DNA of 64,000 nucleotides from Raillietiella orientalis (Eukaryota), in assembly GCA_036172245.1 (NCBI GenBank), contig JAYWIR010000003.1:2418001-2482000 (forward strand), in the 5' to 3' direction. The position numbers and the translations under genes are program-made. The stretch's first letter is position 1. Each line of letters begins with the position of its first letter. The notes beneath the pieces are model-generated. The model made no database searches. It was not told the DNA's origin and saw nothing but the letters and a program-made list of their open reading frames with translations. Below, piece after piece: positions 37,001 to 49,409 of the stretch.

Positions 37001-40000
37001 CGTTGGAACGTCAGAACGTGGACAGAAACGCAGTCCACAGGAGATATCGGGAAGCGAACGCGTCCAGCCAATGACGGCGGCGCGCCCTTTTCCCCCTGAC
37101 ACCTACCAATGATTCGCAATGACTGTCACCTGGTTTTGTTCCTCCACAACATTGGTGGAAAACATCCCGGCGAGACCTGATGCCGGCTGCTAGATCGGCA
37201 GCGGTGCAGCTCCCAGATGCTGCACAGGAGCCGCTCGCATCCAATGCAAACATCTCGCCGAAGCAGTCGTTTGTTTGTTTGCCCGCGTGTTTGTTTCCAT
37301 AGGAAAAGATCGAGAGGATGGCTCCTGCTGTGTAGCAGTGGCGCCTGGGAGCACGAACATCTGCTCGTGGGAGGGGACAATGGAACGCGTGCCACGGCCC
37401 GGCAGCAAAAGAGAGTCTCCTGCCGTCGCAAGAACGCGAAAGTCCGACGGGGTGTTTCCATCCTGCTCCCAGCAGCTCGACCCGCTGGCGTCTCCCGGGA
37501 GGGAAGAAGGAAGCATTCCCTCGTCCGCTGTCCCTTCGTTCGCAACCGGGCGACCGCATCCCGTGCTCCCATTCGATTCGCGCTTTCCGAGCACTTTCCA
37601 TCTCCTCTGCTTCCTTCCAGGAAAGCATCTGCTCTCGACCGATTTCCGGCGCGTCCACTGCGAGAGTGGGTGGTTGGATGCACTCCGCCAACCGCCGGCT
37701 GTTTGTCGGCAAACCGAAACGGGAACAGCTCTTCCCTGTCAACCTGGCGGAAGCAGCGTCCGACACCGGCTGACCGCGTGTCTGGAGATCCCTCTCGGGA
37801 GTGAAGAAGGCGAAAGGATTAGAAAGTGAAAGCGGAATTATCCTTCTTTCGCCTGTTTGCGTTTGGAACCCACCGCCGTCTCCATTTGGGTGAGCTCCGC
37901 GGCCACGATGATTGCACGGCTCTACCCGTGCGAGAGAGAGCGCCAAGTACGAAGGCGCAATTAGCAGCAGCAGCGAATGGAATCGCAGAAACACTGAGTG
38001 ATTATCGTGCCGCTCCCCGGCGAGACTGCAATTCTTCTCCGATCTTTTTTCCGGGATTCTTAATTTGGGAATAATTGCCGGCCGAGCTAAGGAACACCCG
38101 AAATAAGTTCTTTCGTTGTGTGGCTGAAGGTGAGCGGCAAGCTGGGATGAATTCGCGAGCGCATAAATCAAGGAAGAGCTCTTCGCGTTCGCCGAGATGG
38201 CTTCCCAGTGGCTTCGGAGACAAACAGAGAGATTTCCAGAGGAGCGTGCACATCGGTGGCGACCCCCGGAGGTGCGTTTACGAGAGCTCTTTCCCCGTGC
38301 CCCACCCCGAGTCGGCGTTCCCTTCTGGTCCACTTCGTGGCTGTGATCGCGCGCGTTCCACGTGGCACGAAGGGTGGACGTTTTCCCGAGCCTGGATTTT
38401 TCCGTTGCAGGGAAGCAGCCATCGGCCCGCGGTGGGCCGGATGGGAAAAGCGGCCTAATTGCGCCGCTGGTGCTTCGCGAAGGGCCAGCCAACCCTCTCG
38501 GAACGTGCGCGCGTAGCACTCGAGATTTCTGGCAGGCGCGGTCTCTCCGGCAAAGATCATGCGACGGATCGCCCGCTTTTGCCTTTCATCTCGAATCCAC
38601 GATCGACCGGTCCACATTCGGTGCGGACGGGAGGATCCACGCCACTTTCGTTTTCCACAAACCACTTTCGCCGAGGCGCGAGCGAAGTTCGTAGCCTGCT
38701 GATGGGAGCGCACGCTGGAGGCGGCCAACTTCTCTTTCCGATGCGCAATGGATGGAACTTCCCTTTCCTGCCGACGACGGCGAAGTTGTCTGCGCTCGGC
38801 ACGTTTCGCAAAAGTTCAGGATTCGGGACCGCAAGGTCTCCGAGAGCAGTTGCTGCTTTCGCGGATCGAGGCAACGCGCCGGTTGCGAGGCAACCGAACC
38901 GTGTATGAAATCCCGCACAGCATTCGACGTTTCCCCGAGTCCATCCGGAGTTCTTCGGCGATCCACCAAATCAAGAGAGGAACTTTCCGCATCTCATCAA
39001 ATACCCGCGAGCGTTGACTCGAAAGATGCGGAGAGCGCGATAGCACGTCTCATCCAACACGGACAGCAGCAGCATTTAGAAATCCCTCTGATCAGCACCG
39101 GCAGCTCTGCGAGTTATTGCGGCTGTGTTCAGCGTAAAAAGGAGTATCACTTTCCTCGGAAAGTCATGCTGCCTCGCACCAGAGATCATAAAAACGGAGG
39201 AGAGGAGAAAAAAGTGCGATAATCAGATGAAGAACGTCTCTCACTCGGGATGGAACGACGACGAAAATGCATCGGAAGCTGCGCTCACGTTGGCTGTTTG
39301 CATATGCGTTGGAACATTTTTCTAAGTTGAGAATCGGTGGCATAAGCGGAGAATTCTCAATCTGTGCTGTGGGTGTCTCGGCGAGACTGCGATCGTTCCA
39401 GTCTCGTCGAGACTTTCACAGCACGCTGCTCGTCTCTTCGGAATGGAAAGCTCTCGGCAAGGAAAGCGTGTTGCTGCTTAAGAAAAAGATGAATCCTAGT
39501 GACCCCGTTTCCGTATCCCGAAGAGGTTGCAGCGCTTGCTAGAAGGAATTCGGTTCCAGGGAGAGACCAAGGGAAAACCCCACTCTTGAAACGGTCTTCA
39601 AACAGTTCAGCAGTTGGTAAGAAAGAAAGAAGCCGTCCGGCAGAGGAACATTCAGATTTTCGCCAGGAGTGTTCCAACGAAATTCAGCTCCTTTGCTGAA
39701 TCTTCCTGCTTCCGGTAAACATGGATGGAATACTGGTGCAGATGGAGGTGGCGTTTTCCAGGACGGTGATGCAGGTTTCGAGTGTCCCATTTCGCTTGCC
39801 ATTCGTCAACTGCCTTCCTCCTACTTCGAAAGGCTTCCCAGAAGCTAGGAGCTAAATTCTTTTATAATGTGCCATTTCCGAAGGAACTCAGAATAAGGAT
39901 ACGGGATACCCAAATTACATGCAATAAATAATATTTCGAGTTGCACAGTCGAAATCTCCGGAACATGTCACAGTTTGTTCCTTAAAGCGAATGATTTCCT

Positions 40001-43000
40001 CTGCTTTACGTGCGCCTATTTGTCAAGCGAGTTTTGTTAATGTCAAACAGATGGATGCGAGTATGGTCGAGCTAAATCTCCAAAATCAGGACAGAAAAAC
40101 TGGGAATTAAGCGATTGTTTGTTTAACCTAACGCAAGGAATGTCTCTTGGGGGGATTCGTTTGTAGTGTAAGGAATGCCGAGACCAGGGAACCCCAAGAA
40201 TATCCCCGTGTTCTTAGGCACGCATTAAGCCAATGGCAAAGTCCCGCACTCGAGTGCATGAAAAATAAAGTTCTCAAAGTCTTAACTCGAATTCGAAACA
40301 GATAATAACCCGGAAATGTTCCAGAGCGCCTTCATCCAGCGTGTACGGCCTGGTTCGGAGGAGAGGCGAATGTGGATCCGGCCACATTTTGCCGCGCTTC
40401 GTGGGAATCTTGGCCTGATTGCCAGGCATTTCCAGATAGCTGGAGACGAGCGTGCATCAGGCGCTTCAAGTGCCCTCCAGTCACTTCCACGAATTCTCCA
40501 TAAAAATTCTACCCCGAAATCGATAATCTTGGCTATTCATAGCCTGCTGAGGGATTTACGCTGACTTTATCATCAGCATTTCACTCGAAGAAGAAAACTG
40601 AAAATGACTGTTAAGCATAGCTGCTCTATTGAGGGAGGATTTGAGCACCTTTGCGGTCGCCGTTAAAGAGAAGCAGATATGCAATGAGTCGGCCGTATAA
40701 ACTCCGTTCAATGTAGCAGCTGAAGAGCTGAGTCTGAAAGTGAATTTCAGAACGCACACACACAAAAGCAGATAACCTTCGTTGAATCACATCGCGAAAG
40801 AACAATAAAGGAGAGGTCACGTCGTTCTGAATCCTAATTACGGATAGTCACGGACGCAAGTGCACGAGCTAACCAACATCTTGGTGATTTTTACACCCTC
40901 CTGCTCTACGTGATTCCCGATTGACTTACTGTAAGGGAAAAAAAGGAAATGAAGAAAAAAAAAAAAAAACAGCGAAAGCAGATCTACTTAGTTCTTATGA
41001 AATTATCTTTCCTTCCACCATAATCACAGTGATCAGCGATTTCGTAACTGATTTGCAAAATTCAGCGTTCAATTTCTCGGTAATACTTGCAGGTGGCACC
41101 CCTGGCACAATAATGGGGAGGAAGCGACTGACGCATTTCCGGTTCGTCGCGAATGTTTCACCTTCTGCGACTGTCAACGGCAGCGTTTTGTACTCAGAAA
41201 TTCAGGAAAAACCTCGTTCTCCCTCAACTTATTTCGTTTTTGAGGGTGCCTTTTTTTTTTTTCCTTTTTCTTGCTCCGCGCGCGCGCGCGCGTTTTTACA
41301 GGAAAGAATGATACAATATCGGCAAGACGTTTCTCCCTTTCTGGAAAAACGAGGAATTGCAAATGGCGGGGAGGAAAACAAATCGTTTACGAAAAGCAGA
41401 AGTTCAGGACGCCGGCTTGGGCGAAACCAACTAAAAGACCTTCACAGGTACGCCAGGATGGGAAAAAGTGTGCCGAGGAACCAGGGCAAACGGGAGGAAA
41501 ACGGGAAAAAAAGGTTTCATCCCAAAAGCGCTCCACGAGGAGGAACTCATCAGGACCTTCGACGGAGACTGTGTCATCATCGCGGAACTCCTCCACGGGG
41601 AGGAGCGCCTCCACAAACGGGGATTGTGTTTCTTTCTTTGACCGCACGAAAACCCAGGGCTTCTTAGGTACGCTCCGTACGGAAGACGGTGCGAACCTCT
41701 CCGTACGCCGTGAGATTGCCTTCGTGGCGACGAGCGCCGATCTAAATCTCTAGCCTCTAAACGATTGCCTGAGGGCTGTGGGGGATCACGAAGCGGCTTG
41801 TTCGACGGGAATTTCCAGGAGAGGAAGGGAACAAGCCAGGTTTCGTGGCCAACCAAAGAACGGCCCAGGGTTTTCAGCTCCCTTCGAAAAGTCCCCAACT
41901 CGGAACTGGAAGACTTCGGTTTATCGGGGGGTCAGCGAGCGGTTGACAGGTTTGACGCTCCACATCAATCCGCCTTTGCAAAATGAGCGCCACCCATGCT
42001 ATTCGTTGCTGCTCCACCGCGGTTTGGGCAGCCACCGCTACCGATATCACGGGAAAACACACTTAATGAATGTTACTCACGTAGAAGTGCTGCTGAGGTA
42101 GTGGGAAATCTAATTTTGATTGAGGAGGAAGGCGCCTCACACGGAAAGAATATTCCTCTCCCGAGATGCTCAAACAACGGCGAAATAGAAATGTTTTGAC
42201 GTGTGCTATATAACTACAGTTCATACCATAAAGTTCCTGACGCGAAAGAGCCTTGCCTTCCTTCCAAATTAAGCCATCCGAACAGAGTAAGGAAATATCT
42301 CTACGGGGTGACACTTGGTGAAATTTACAAGGGCAATACAAGGAAATATTTCGCACTCGCAATAAATTTTCCTTCGGAACAATGTGTGGAGTAAGAATTG
42401 GGTAAAAGTCACCGGACGCAATCGCAGCGAGGTCAGGGGGTACACACAGAACAATAAAAGAATTTTATAACTGGGGGTCCTTTGAGCGCCGTTGTCTGAA
42501 AGTCACAATCCGAACGGTTCACCGTTATGGGCAGACGGCTGGACCGAACAGAATCCTCTTCCTAATCAACCAGTGAGGCTGCGGCGATCTTCTGCTGGAC
42601 GCTATTTTCGTCTGATGAGTATCACAAGGTACCCATCATGACCGAAAGCCGCAGTGTAATCTCCGTGTCCACTGATTCGAAAGATGGTGGAAAAGCGCAG
42701 TGGGAAAATTTGAAGATTCATCGATTTTTCTCGAAGGCATATTTGTCACGTTTCAAGAGCGGAGCTTGTGGAATGACCGTGACGTTGATGTGAAACATCC
42801 CAGCCTTCGTTCCTCGACAAATTTATCGTTTCCATACTCGAGCTGAGAGAGGGAACCGAGAGAGCATCGGTGCGAACTCATGGATTGAAAGTCGGTCCAT
42901 CCCAGAAGACACGAAGAGCTCGCGTCGGGGAATTCCTTGAGATCACTCAGCGAGAAACTGCTGGCAAATTGCAGGCAGGCAGCAACCAGGGCATCGATGG

Positions 43001-46000
43001 AGCTCTTCCGAGCACTGCCTCGTCTCCTTGTTGGAAAAGAAGGAGATGCGGAATCCGTTCGAAGGCTATCAAAAGTCCATCCACGCTGCTGTGTCGTTCA
43101 TCGTCCTCAAAGTACGGGGAGAGTGAAGCCGCTAACGATGGTCGCAAATTTCGCCTGCAGATTTCACCACTCTCCACACATGTCCGCTGTGGCATGATGA
43201 CACGGCCGTTGGGAAGTTCAGAGCAACCGTGGTGCATGCCGATGTAATTTGCGCAATTTATGCTTTCACGGTGGCCGTTTCTTTCAAGCTTCTTCGCGCA
43301 CGGATCTCTCCTCACAGAGGGTATGATGATGGCCTTTCGGCCTTTGCGTGGATCTTCCTTTTCTTTGAAATCCTAGGAAGACGTCTCGCGGCTGGAGAAA
43401 AACTTGCGCTCTTCGAATTAGCTTTGAGTACGGTTTCAGGTGTCACGGTTCGTGTACACGTATCACTGTACACGTGGAGCAAGCAACTGCAATCTGCAGA
43501 CGTGCGTATTCTGCATGCACGGCAGCGGCTCCCAAACAAAGTTGCTGTTTCCCTTCTCTTCGGCTTGCAAATATCGCAAGAAAGTTCGAGGCAACAAGGA
43601 TGCTTAAGAAAAATGGGCATCCCTTTCATCTCTGCTCGAGCTAACAGAAAATGCGCGCTAAGGTAATAACCTCAAACTACCAGTTCGCTTTTCTTTTCAA
43701 TTTTATCATCCAGCTGATTTACATCAAGGATGGGAATAACACACGCGAGCACCCACAGATGTGAGGGAGAGCTGCGAATGGGTCCTTCAAAATGCTGGCA
43801 TACCCAAGACTCGGGAAACAACCGCGCGTCCCCAACTCAACCAAACGTACTCTCTGAAGGCGTATTGAGAAACGGATCCGAAAATGGAAACTCCACGAGC
43901 ATCTTATGGCTCAGGTATTCCTCTGCTTTCGACGTTGCTTTCGATGTTGGTCCGGTGCCTGTTGGGAATTTATTGTGAATGAATCTACGTGCTGAAGTCC
44001 GTTCTGACAGTTCATCTTATCTCTGCAGCCACCCGAGCTGATATTCCAAAGAAAAAAAAAAGCGATATGTCGGGAGCGAGAACCTCGTGTGATGGCAACG
44101 TGAAACGCATTGGTGTGGAGGAACGTCACAGTTGTGCAAGTACCATCTCGTAAAAGGACGGAGAAAGTCTTCTCTTCAAGCAACAGCCTAAGAGAATCAT
44201 GTGTCCAGCAAGATGAAGAGGGTGCTTAATGACTATCCGGGACCACATCAGCTGCGTCATAAACCGAATAAATAGTCAGCAGCTCATGGTGGCGTACCGC
44301 TTTGCTGCGAAAGCTGGAAAAGCGGACGTGCGAAGAGAAGAAAAAAAAAAGAAAGAGCAATGAAAAAGCACATGTGGAATCCGAGGAACGGGAACTTGGA
44401 AAAGAATACCATGAAAATAAAAGGAATGGAATCCTCGCAAGCACGGCTGAGCTTCTGTTTTCCTTGGCAAGGGGACTTTCGGAATCCATCGTTCCCGAAG
44501 CAGCAATTTCTTGTGCACCTTCTGCACATTCTGCGAGCCAAACCTTTTATGGTTTTACGTTGGGAAGCACATTGCAGCGTTTTGCCCACCGCCGGAGCGC
44601 AAGCGACCTCCTGGGTGAACGCTTCCGATTTATAGGGAAGAATTCAAACCGAACGCTGCACTACAGAGAAGAGCTCGGAAACGGAAACGAACATATCCGC
44701 AAGGCGTCGGACTTCTCCGATCAGAATGTGTCCTCCCATCCACGAAATCGGTGCTGCAGATGATTCTACGCGAGGCGTGTGGCGAAGAACTAATATGCAA
44801 AGACGAGATCATGCCTTCATCCCCGAAGGGTCCTTTGGCATCGCAAGGGCAGAAAGGCACACATTCTCGACCGGCAGAGCATGCTGGAAACATGGTTTCC
44901 TTTTTTTTGCCATTCTCATCTTCTAAACGGTGCAGGCTTTGGTGTGTTTTGAAAGATATTTTCCTCCTTTCTACGTCGGCACACAGAAGTGTGGTTGTTA
45001 ACATCGCTTGAGAAGCAGAAACCATAAACATCTGATGAAAGTACAAACTTGGAATTGATCGTCAAGTAAACGAAGCACCTCTCACGTTAACATCGATTTC
45101 TTGTTTGCATTCGGGATTTGTTTCGCTTTGCTGGACAGCCGACACGGATTCTGCACAGGAGCTGATGTTCACGGAAAATAAGTGGAGTTTTTTAAACACG
45201 GGCATTGCACGCAGAGCATTCCTTAACAAAATAAGCACACGCTCATAAACATCAAGTTCTCAGGAAGCCATGAGCACGAAGTCTGAGTCTCCATGCTCAT
45301 TCGGGATGCTGAGGAACGAATCCGATGGGTTCGCGGGGCTGCTGCAGCACGTGAAATTCGTTGAAACGAAGAATTCTTCGAAGGCGGGATAAAATAAACT
45401 GATCGCACCCTTTCCTTGACCTCGGCTAAATAACCGCTTCTCTTATGCTCGGTCGAGAGCAAAAACTTTACCAATCTCACAGAAGCATGGAAGAATACCT
45501 TTGAAGTGATCCCAAGGTTTCCCAAACCCTCAGCAAGGAGCGATGAAGGAATTTCCCATCACGATTTAAAAGAAAATCGGGAACATCCACTTTCCTCAAA
45601 CAGGTAAAACGGGAAGAAACACCTCCGTGAATCGCTGCTTCCAATTCCGAGTTACTCCGCATGCGAGGAAATGTCGCATCGAAGACTGTGAGTGCAGGTC
45701 GAGGGTCGGAAGACCGCCGAGTTTATTATCAACGGGCGAGATTTCCGTCAGGGAGATGGACAGACAGCCGGGAAAGATGGTATCTGCTGACTCGAAGGCG
45801 CATGTACCAGACACTTGATGAACATAGGGAGGAACACCGAACAGAACGAATCCTTTCATTGTTCAGGAAAATTTCATCTCCGTAGAGATCGGTTGCGAAT
45901 CTTGAGAAGCTGCGCCAGCGTAACCATTCGGTTTCGGATGTCGCAGGCTAATAATACATTGAAATAAAGAGATTTTGGTCCAGTAAAAACACGCGAATGA

Positions 46001-46644
46001 ACTCATATCATCCTTTTCATAGTGCCAAGTGTTCTTTCAGATGTCCATTCATCCCTAAGTCGCGTGCGTGCACATAATTAGGCATCAAAATCCTTGACAA
46101 CTGCCATTAGTATCAGAAATCAAAATCAAGTAGCCGTCTAGGAACAGCCGAGTAGTCAAATTTCTGCAAGCAACTCTGCTACAGGAGGATAGCTACGCGT
46201 CAGTGCAGAGAGATGCTTTTCTTGGACAGTGCATCGCGAAACATCACGACCAGAAGACATTCTAAAACTGTGAATAGAACGAAAAGCTTGAGGAATTTCG
46301 ACCCTCAACGAAATTCGATTGGCTAACCAACACTCCTTGGACCGATTCGCTTTGAGATGAGGAAATGCTTCTCAAGGAAGACGGATCACGAATGCTGAAA
46401 AGAAGTAGCTGTCTCGGGATAGCGGGGCCCCATTTTGAAATTGACTGGAGACTCTCCGATGTAGCGTTTCGTATTCAGTGCTTTGTCCCGGTGCGCACCG
46501 TGTGTGAATCAAGTGGTGTTTCCGCGATGGATGGCACCGCTGAAAGCTGCTCTTTTGCACGAAACAATCCTTCAGCAATACACATCCAACATTGGGAGAC
46601 TCGAAATCGAGATTTGCAGCTTTGGCATTAGCAAATCTGCTTGA

Positions 46645-46785
46645 GGAAACGAGCACTGGTTTGGGAAAGCATCATCTGGAGAGAATGGATCACTGACCCA
46701 ATGAAACGCTGGACAGAAAACAGTCTCGAGGTACTTGGGAGCTCTCGTGGAAGCCCCCACCACACCTGTGGCCGAATAATCAGGG
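46645..46785 (+). mobile_element. Possible decayed non-LTR (RTE/L2-like) retrotransposon 3' fragment
   Basis: Across frameshifts it reads ..WFG../HLERMD...GSSRGSP..W.., loosely resembling the WFGHVERM...GxRxRGRP..W motif at the C-terminus of RTE-type ORFs. Weak. Confidence 0.25.
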
Positions 46786-48811
46786 TAATGTGGGCTCATG
46801 TTTGAAGAACTGTCTCTCCGTACGGCGGAAGACTTTCGGAGTGTCACTTGCACGGTTTCATTCTAGGTCACAGTTCAGGGTCCATGAGGCTGGAGGCGGC
46901 AAAAGTCTTTTTCCCGTTTGCAACGCAATCTTTCGATTTCTCACAACGGAGTAAGGCGTGGCTTTGTTCTCTCCTCGCGATCTTCCGACGATTCCACCAC
47001 TTCTGCGAACAGATGAACGGAAAGAGGAACAAAAGGCCGTATCGAGAGGAAAGACTTTTCTGCCCATCCGTGCCACACCTACGGAGTCGTGTGCTCTGGC
47101 GAGTTTCAGATGGATCGGACTGGACGACCTGACTCGGAGGTCAAGCCACACCACCTCACCTCTATGGCTGCGCGGCCATTTCAGGCAAAGTCGGGTCGAG
47201 CGGACGGGACGCCAAGGAGGCCGTCGCGGGGAGACGACGTTCGGTCTCTCGACAGGGAAAGTATCCGTTGGGCGCGAATTCGGAGCTGCGTTTCTGGCGG
47301 TAACGGGCGCGTTTCCTATTGCTCGCTCGCCCCCTCCCCCGACTTCCAAAAAAAAGAGAAAAAAAGAATGGTGACGAAATTTATTAATGATGCGCACGCA
47401 ATAGAGATAAGTGATGGCTGAAATCAGTCAGGTCAACTTTTCCCTGCATCGTATTCACAGCACGCGAATGCGATCGCAGGCGACCTGCGGCCTTCTGTGG
47501 GCGCTGCGCTTTTGTTTTCGCGATGCTTATCGGGACAAATTGGCTCCAGCCTTGATGGCGGACCCGTGTTTATTTAGACGCTGGACGCGCTCTTCGCGTT
47601 CGAGAGGTCGGCATGTCCAGTTGCAACGCGTTTGGTTCTCCAGGACCGCTTCGCCTGCGTAATCAGATAAACAGCCTCCATTGGGAGATCGCTGCTACCA
47701 CGTTAAAAGACTCGAAAACGCCCTATACCGAACGCCGCTGCAGATATTCGGCTTTATCTGGGGTTCCCCAATGGGAATGCTGTAATCATTCATACCCAAC
47801 GTTTGCCCTGGGAAATCGGAGGAAGAAGAAAAAAAAAAAAAAAAAAGGAATAATAATTTATATTTGCGAGAAAAACGAGAAGAAGAAAAAAAAAAAGGCT
47901 TGCGGTGTGAATCGAAAACACGATTTTGCCACGGTGGAGAGTTTTTGAAAGTGCTCCAATCTCTCCCGTATGCCTTCCTTTGTCAAGGTTGGATCCGAAC
48001 GGCAGCCTCCGTTCTCGTAACCCAAAAGAGCAGCTGCCGAACCCATTGGAAGCCATTTTTAGAACACGCGGGGCGAATTTCCACACCGATTCGATTTATG
48101 GAGATTCGATGAAAAACTGCCTGCTCGTGGATCGCGACCGTTTCACGAATCTTCTCGCTTTTTCTTGTACGCCTTGAATGGTCCCATTGTGTCCTCTACC
48201 CTTTCGAAGAGATCGCTGCTCCGAAGAGCGGCGACACGGAAGGGCGTGAATGGTCCAACCGGGCTCTGCAAGTGTGCCTGGAGAACACGGGAATCCGGCA
48301 CCCCCCTTTTATTCTGTTTCTCTTTTTTTTTCCTTTTTTTTTTATTTGCCGATCTTCCCAGCCGCTTCGAAAGAGCAGGAAGAACGCGGCAGACGCCGTT
48401 ATGCGTACGGAAAAGACCCGGCGGCGCGCGCGCGAGGTCTCGCCACGAGTCCCAGAAGGAAAGGAATGACTCAGCCCCGCGGTGGTCGGCAGTCCACGAG
48501 GTGCTGAGAGGAGACGGGGCTATCAAATGGTCGCACTCGGGAGATCCGATCGGCTTTTCCGGAGGTCGAAAGATGCAGAAAACAGACGCTTGCGAATTCA
48601 TTTATGTGCTTGAGAGGCTACTGAGAAGCTGTTGACTTTTTTTCTTTTTTTTCCCCTCCCTTTCTCTCTCGCTCTCTTTGAAACAAGAAAAAGCAAAGAA
48701 ACGCTCCCCGAAACCACTGACGGAGGTGAATGGCGGCGACAAGAAACTCCACACACATCTCATTGATGGCCTCCCGAATATGGGGGAGGAACTCCCGATC
48801 TCCCCACTTAC

Positions 48812-49409
48812 CAAACTGTGATCTCATCCATGGATACAGCGGTGACGGCAAACTCGAAGAAGGCGGTGTGCCTTGCTGAGGTGGCTGCTGGGGCTGTTGG
48901 TTAGGATGAGGAGGGTGATGGTGGTGCTGCTGTTGATGAGAAATGTGGGAATTGTGGTTTGTTCCATACAAATTGACAGGGGTGGTCACGTTGTCCATTC
49001 CAGGAGGAAGATGGTGATTAGCACGAGAAGCGGCGCCATGATGGTTCGTACCGCCAGGGCTTAGTTGAGGCTGCATCTTGCAGCTGCTATACTGCGCCTG
49101 CACTGGAGTCTGAGGCAAAGGCTGGTGAGGGATCATGGTGCTGATGGGAGGGGTGCTTCCCCTGCAGTTGTTGGGGGTGATTTCCGGCACGGGGATGCCG
49201 CCGTGGTTGTAGTACGAGTTTGCAGTGATTGGTCGAATCTCCAGACGATCGTAAGGAGGGAATCTTGGATACTGCGGTCCCTGGGGGGGTTGTCCATAAG
49301 GATGGAGAGCGGTCTGGCGCATCGCGGGATCACAAGAGGGGTCGACAGTCATGGGTGGCGGTTGCCCAACGTAATGTTCCGTGGTGTAGTTATAAAAGGA
49401 ACTCATCAT
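48812..49409 (-). CDS. Antp: Antennapedia Hox protein, first coding exon (199 codons + 1 nt; N-terminal region through the YPWM hexapeptide)
   Basis: Translation MMSSFYNY...QYPRFPPYDRLEIRPI...QYSSCKMQ...LPSPLYPWMRSQF contains the arthropod Antp N-terminal blocks and the YPWMRSQF hexapeptide. An in-frame TGA lies 11 codons upstream of the ATG at 49409. The exon ends at a consensus donor TTTG|GTAAGT (intron starts 48811). The ORF-track extension to 48618 is intron read-through. Confidence 0.96.

Noticed and set aside
37011..38519. 502-aa minus-strand ORF inside the Antp intron
   Set aside because: Starts at GTG, is rich in R/S/A/G/P and has no recognisable domain. TA-poor GC-rich DNA gives many 250-360-aa spurious ORFs here, and this looks like the tail of that distribution. 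A blastp hit or RNA-seq coverage would reopen it.
48618..48811. C-terminal 64 aa of the 263-aa ORF-track protein
   Set aside because: Intron read-through past the GTAAGT donor, ending in low-complexity sequence.
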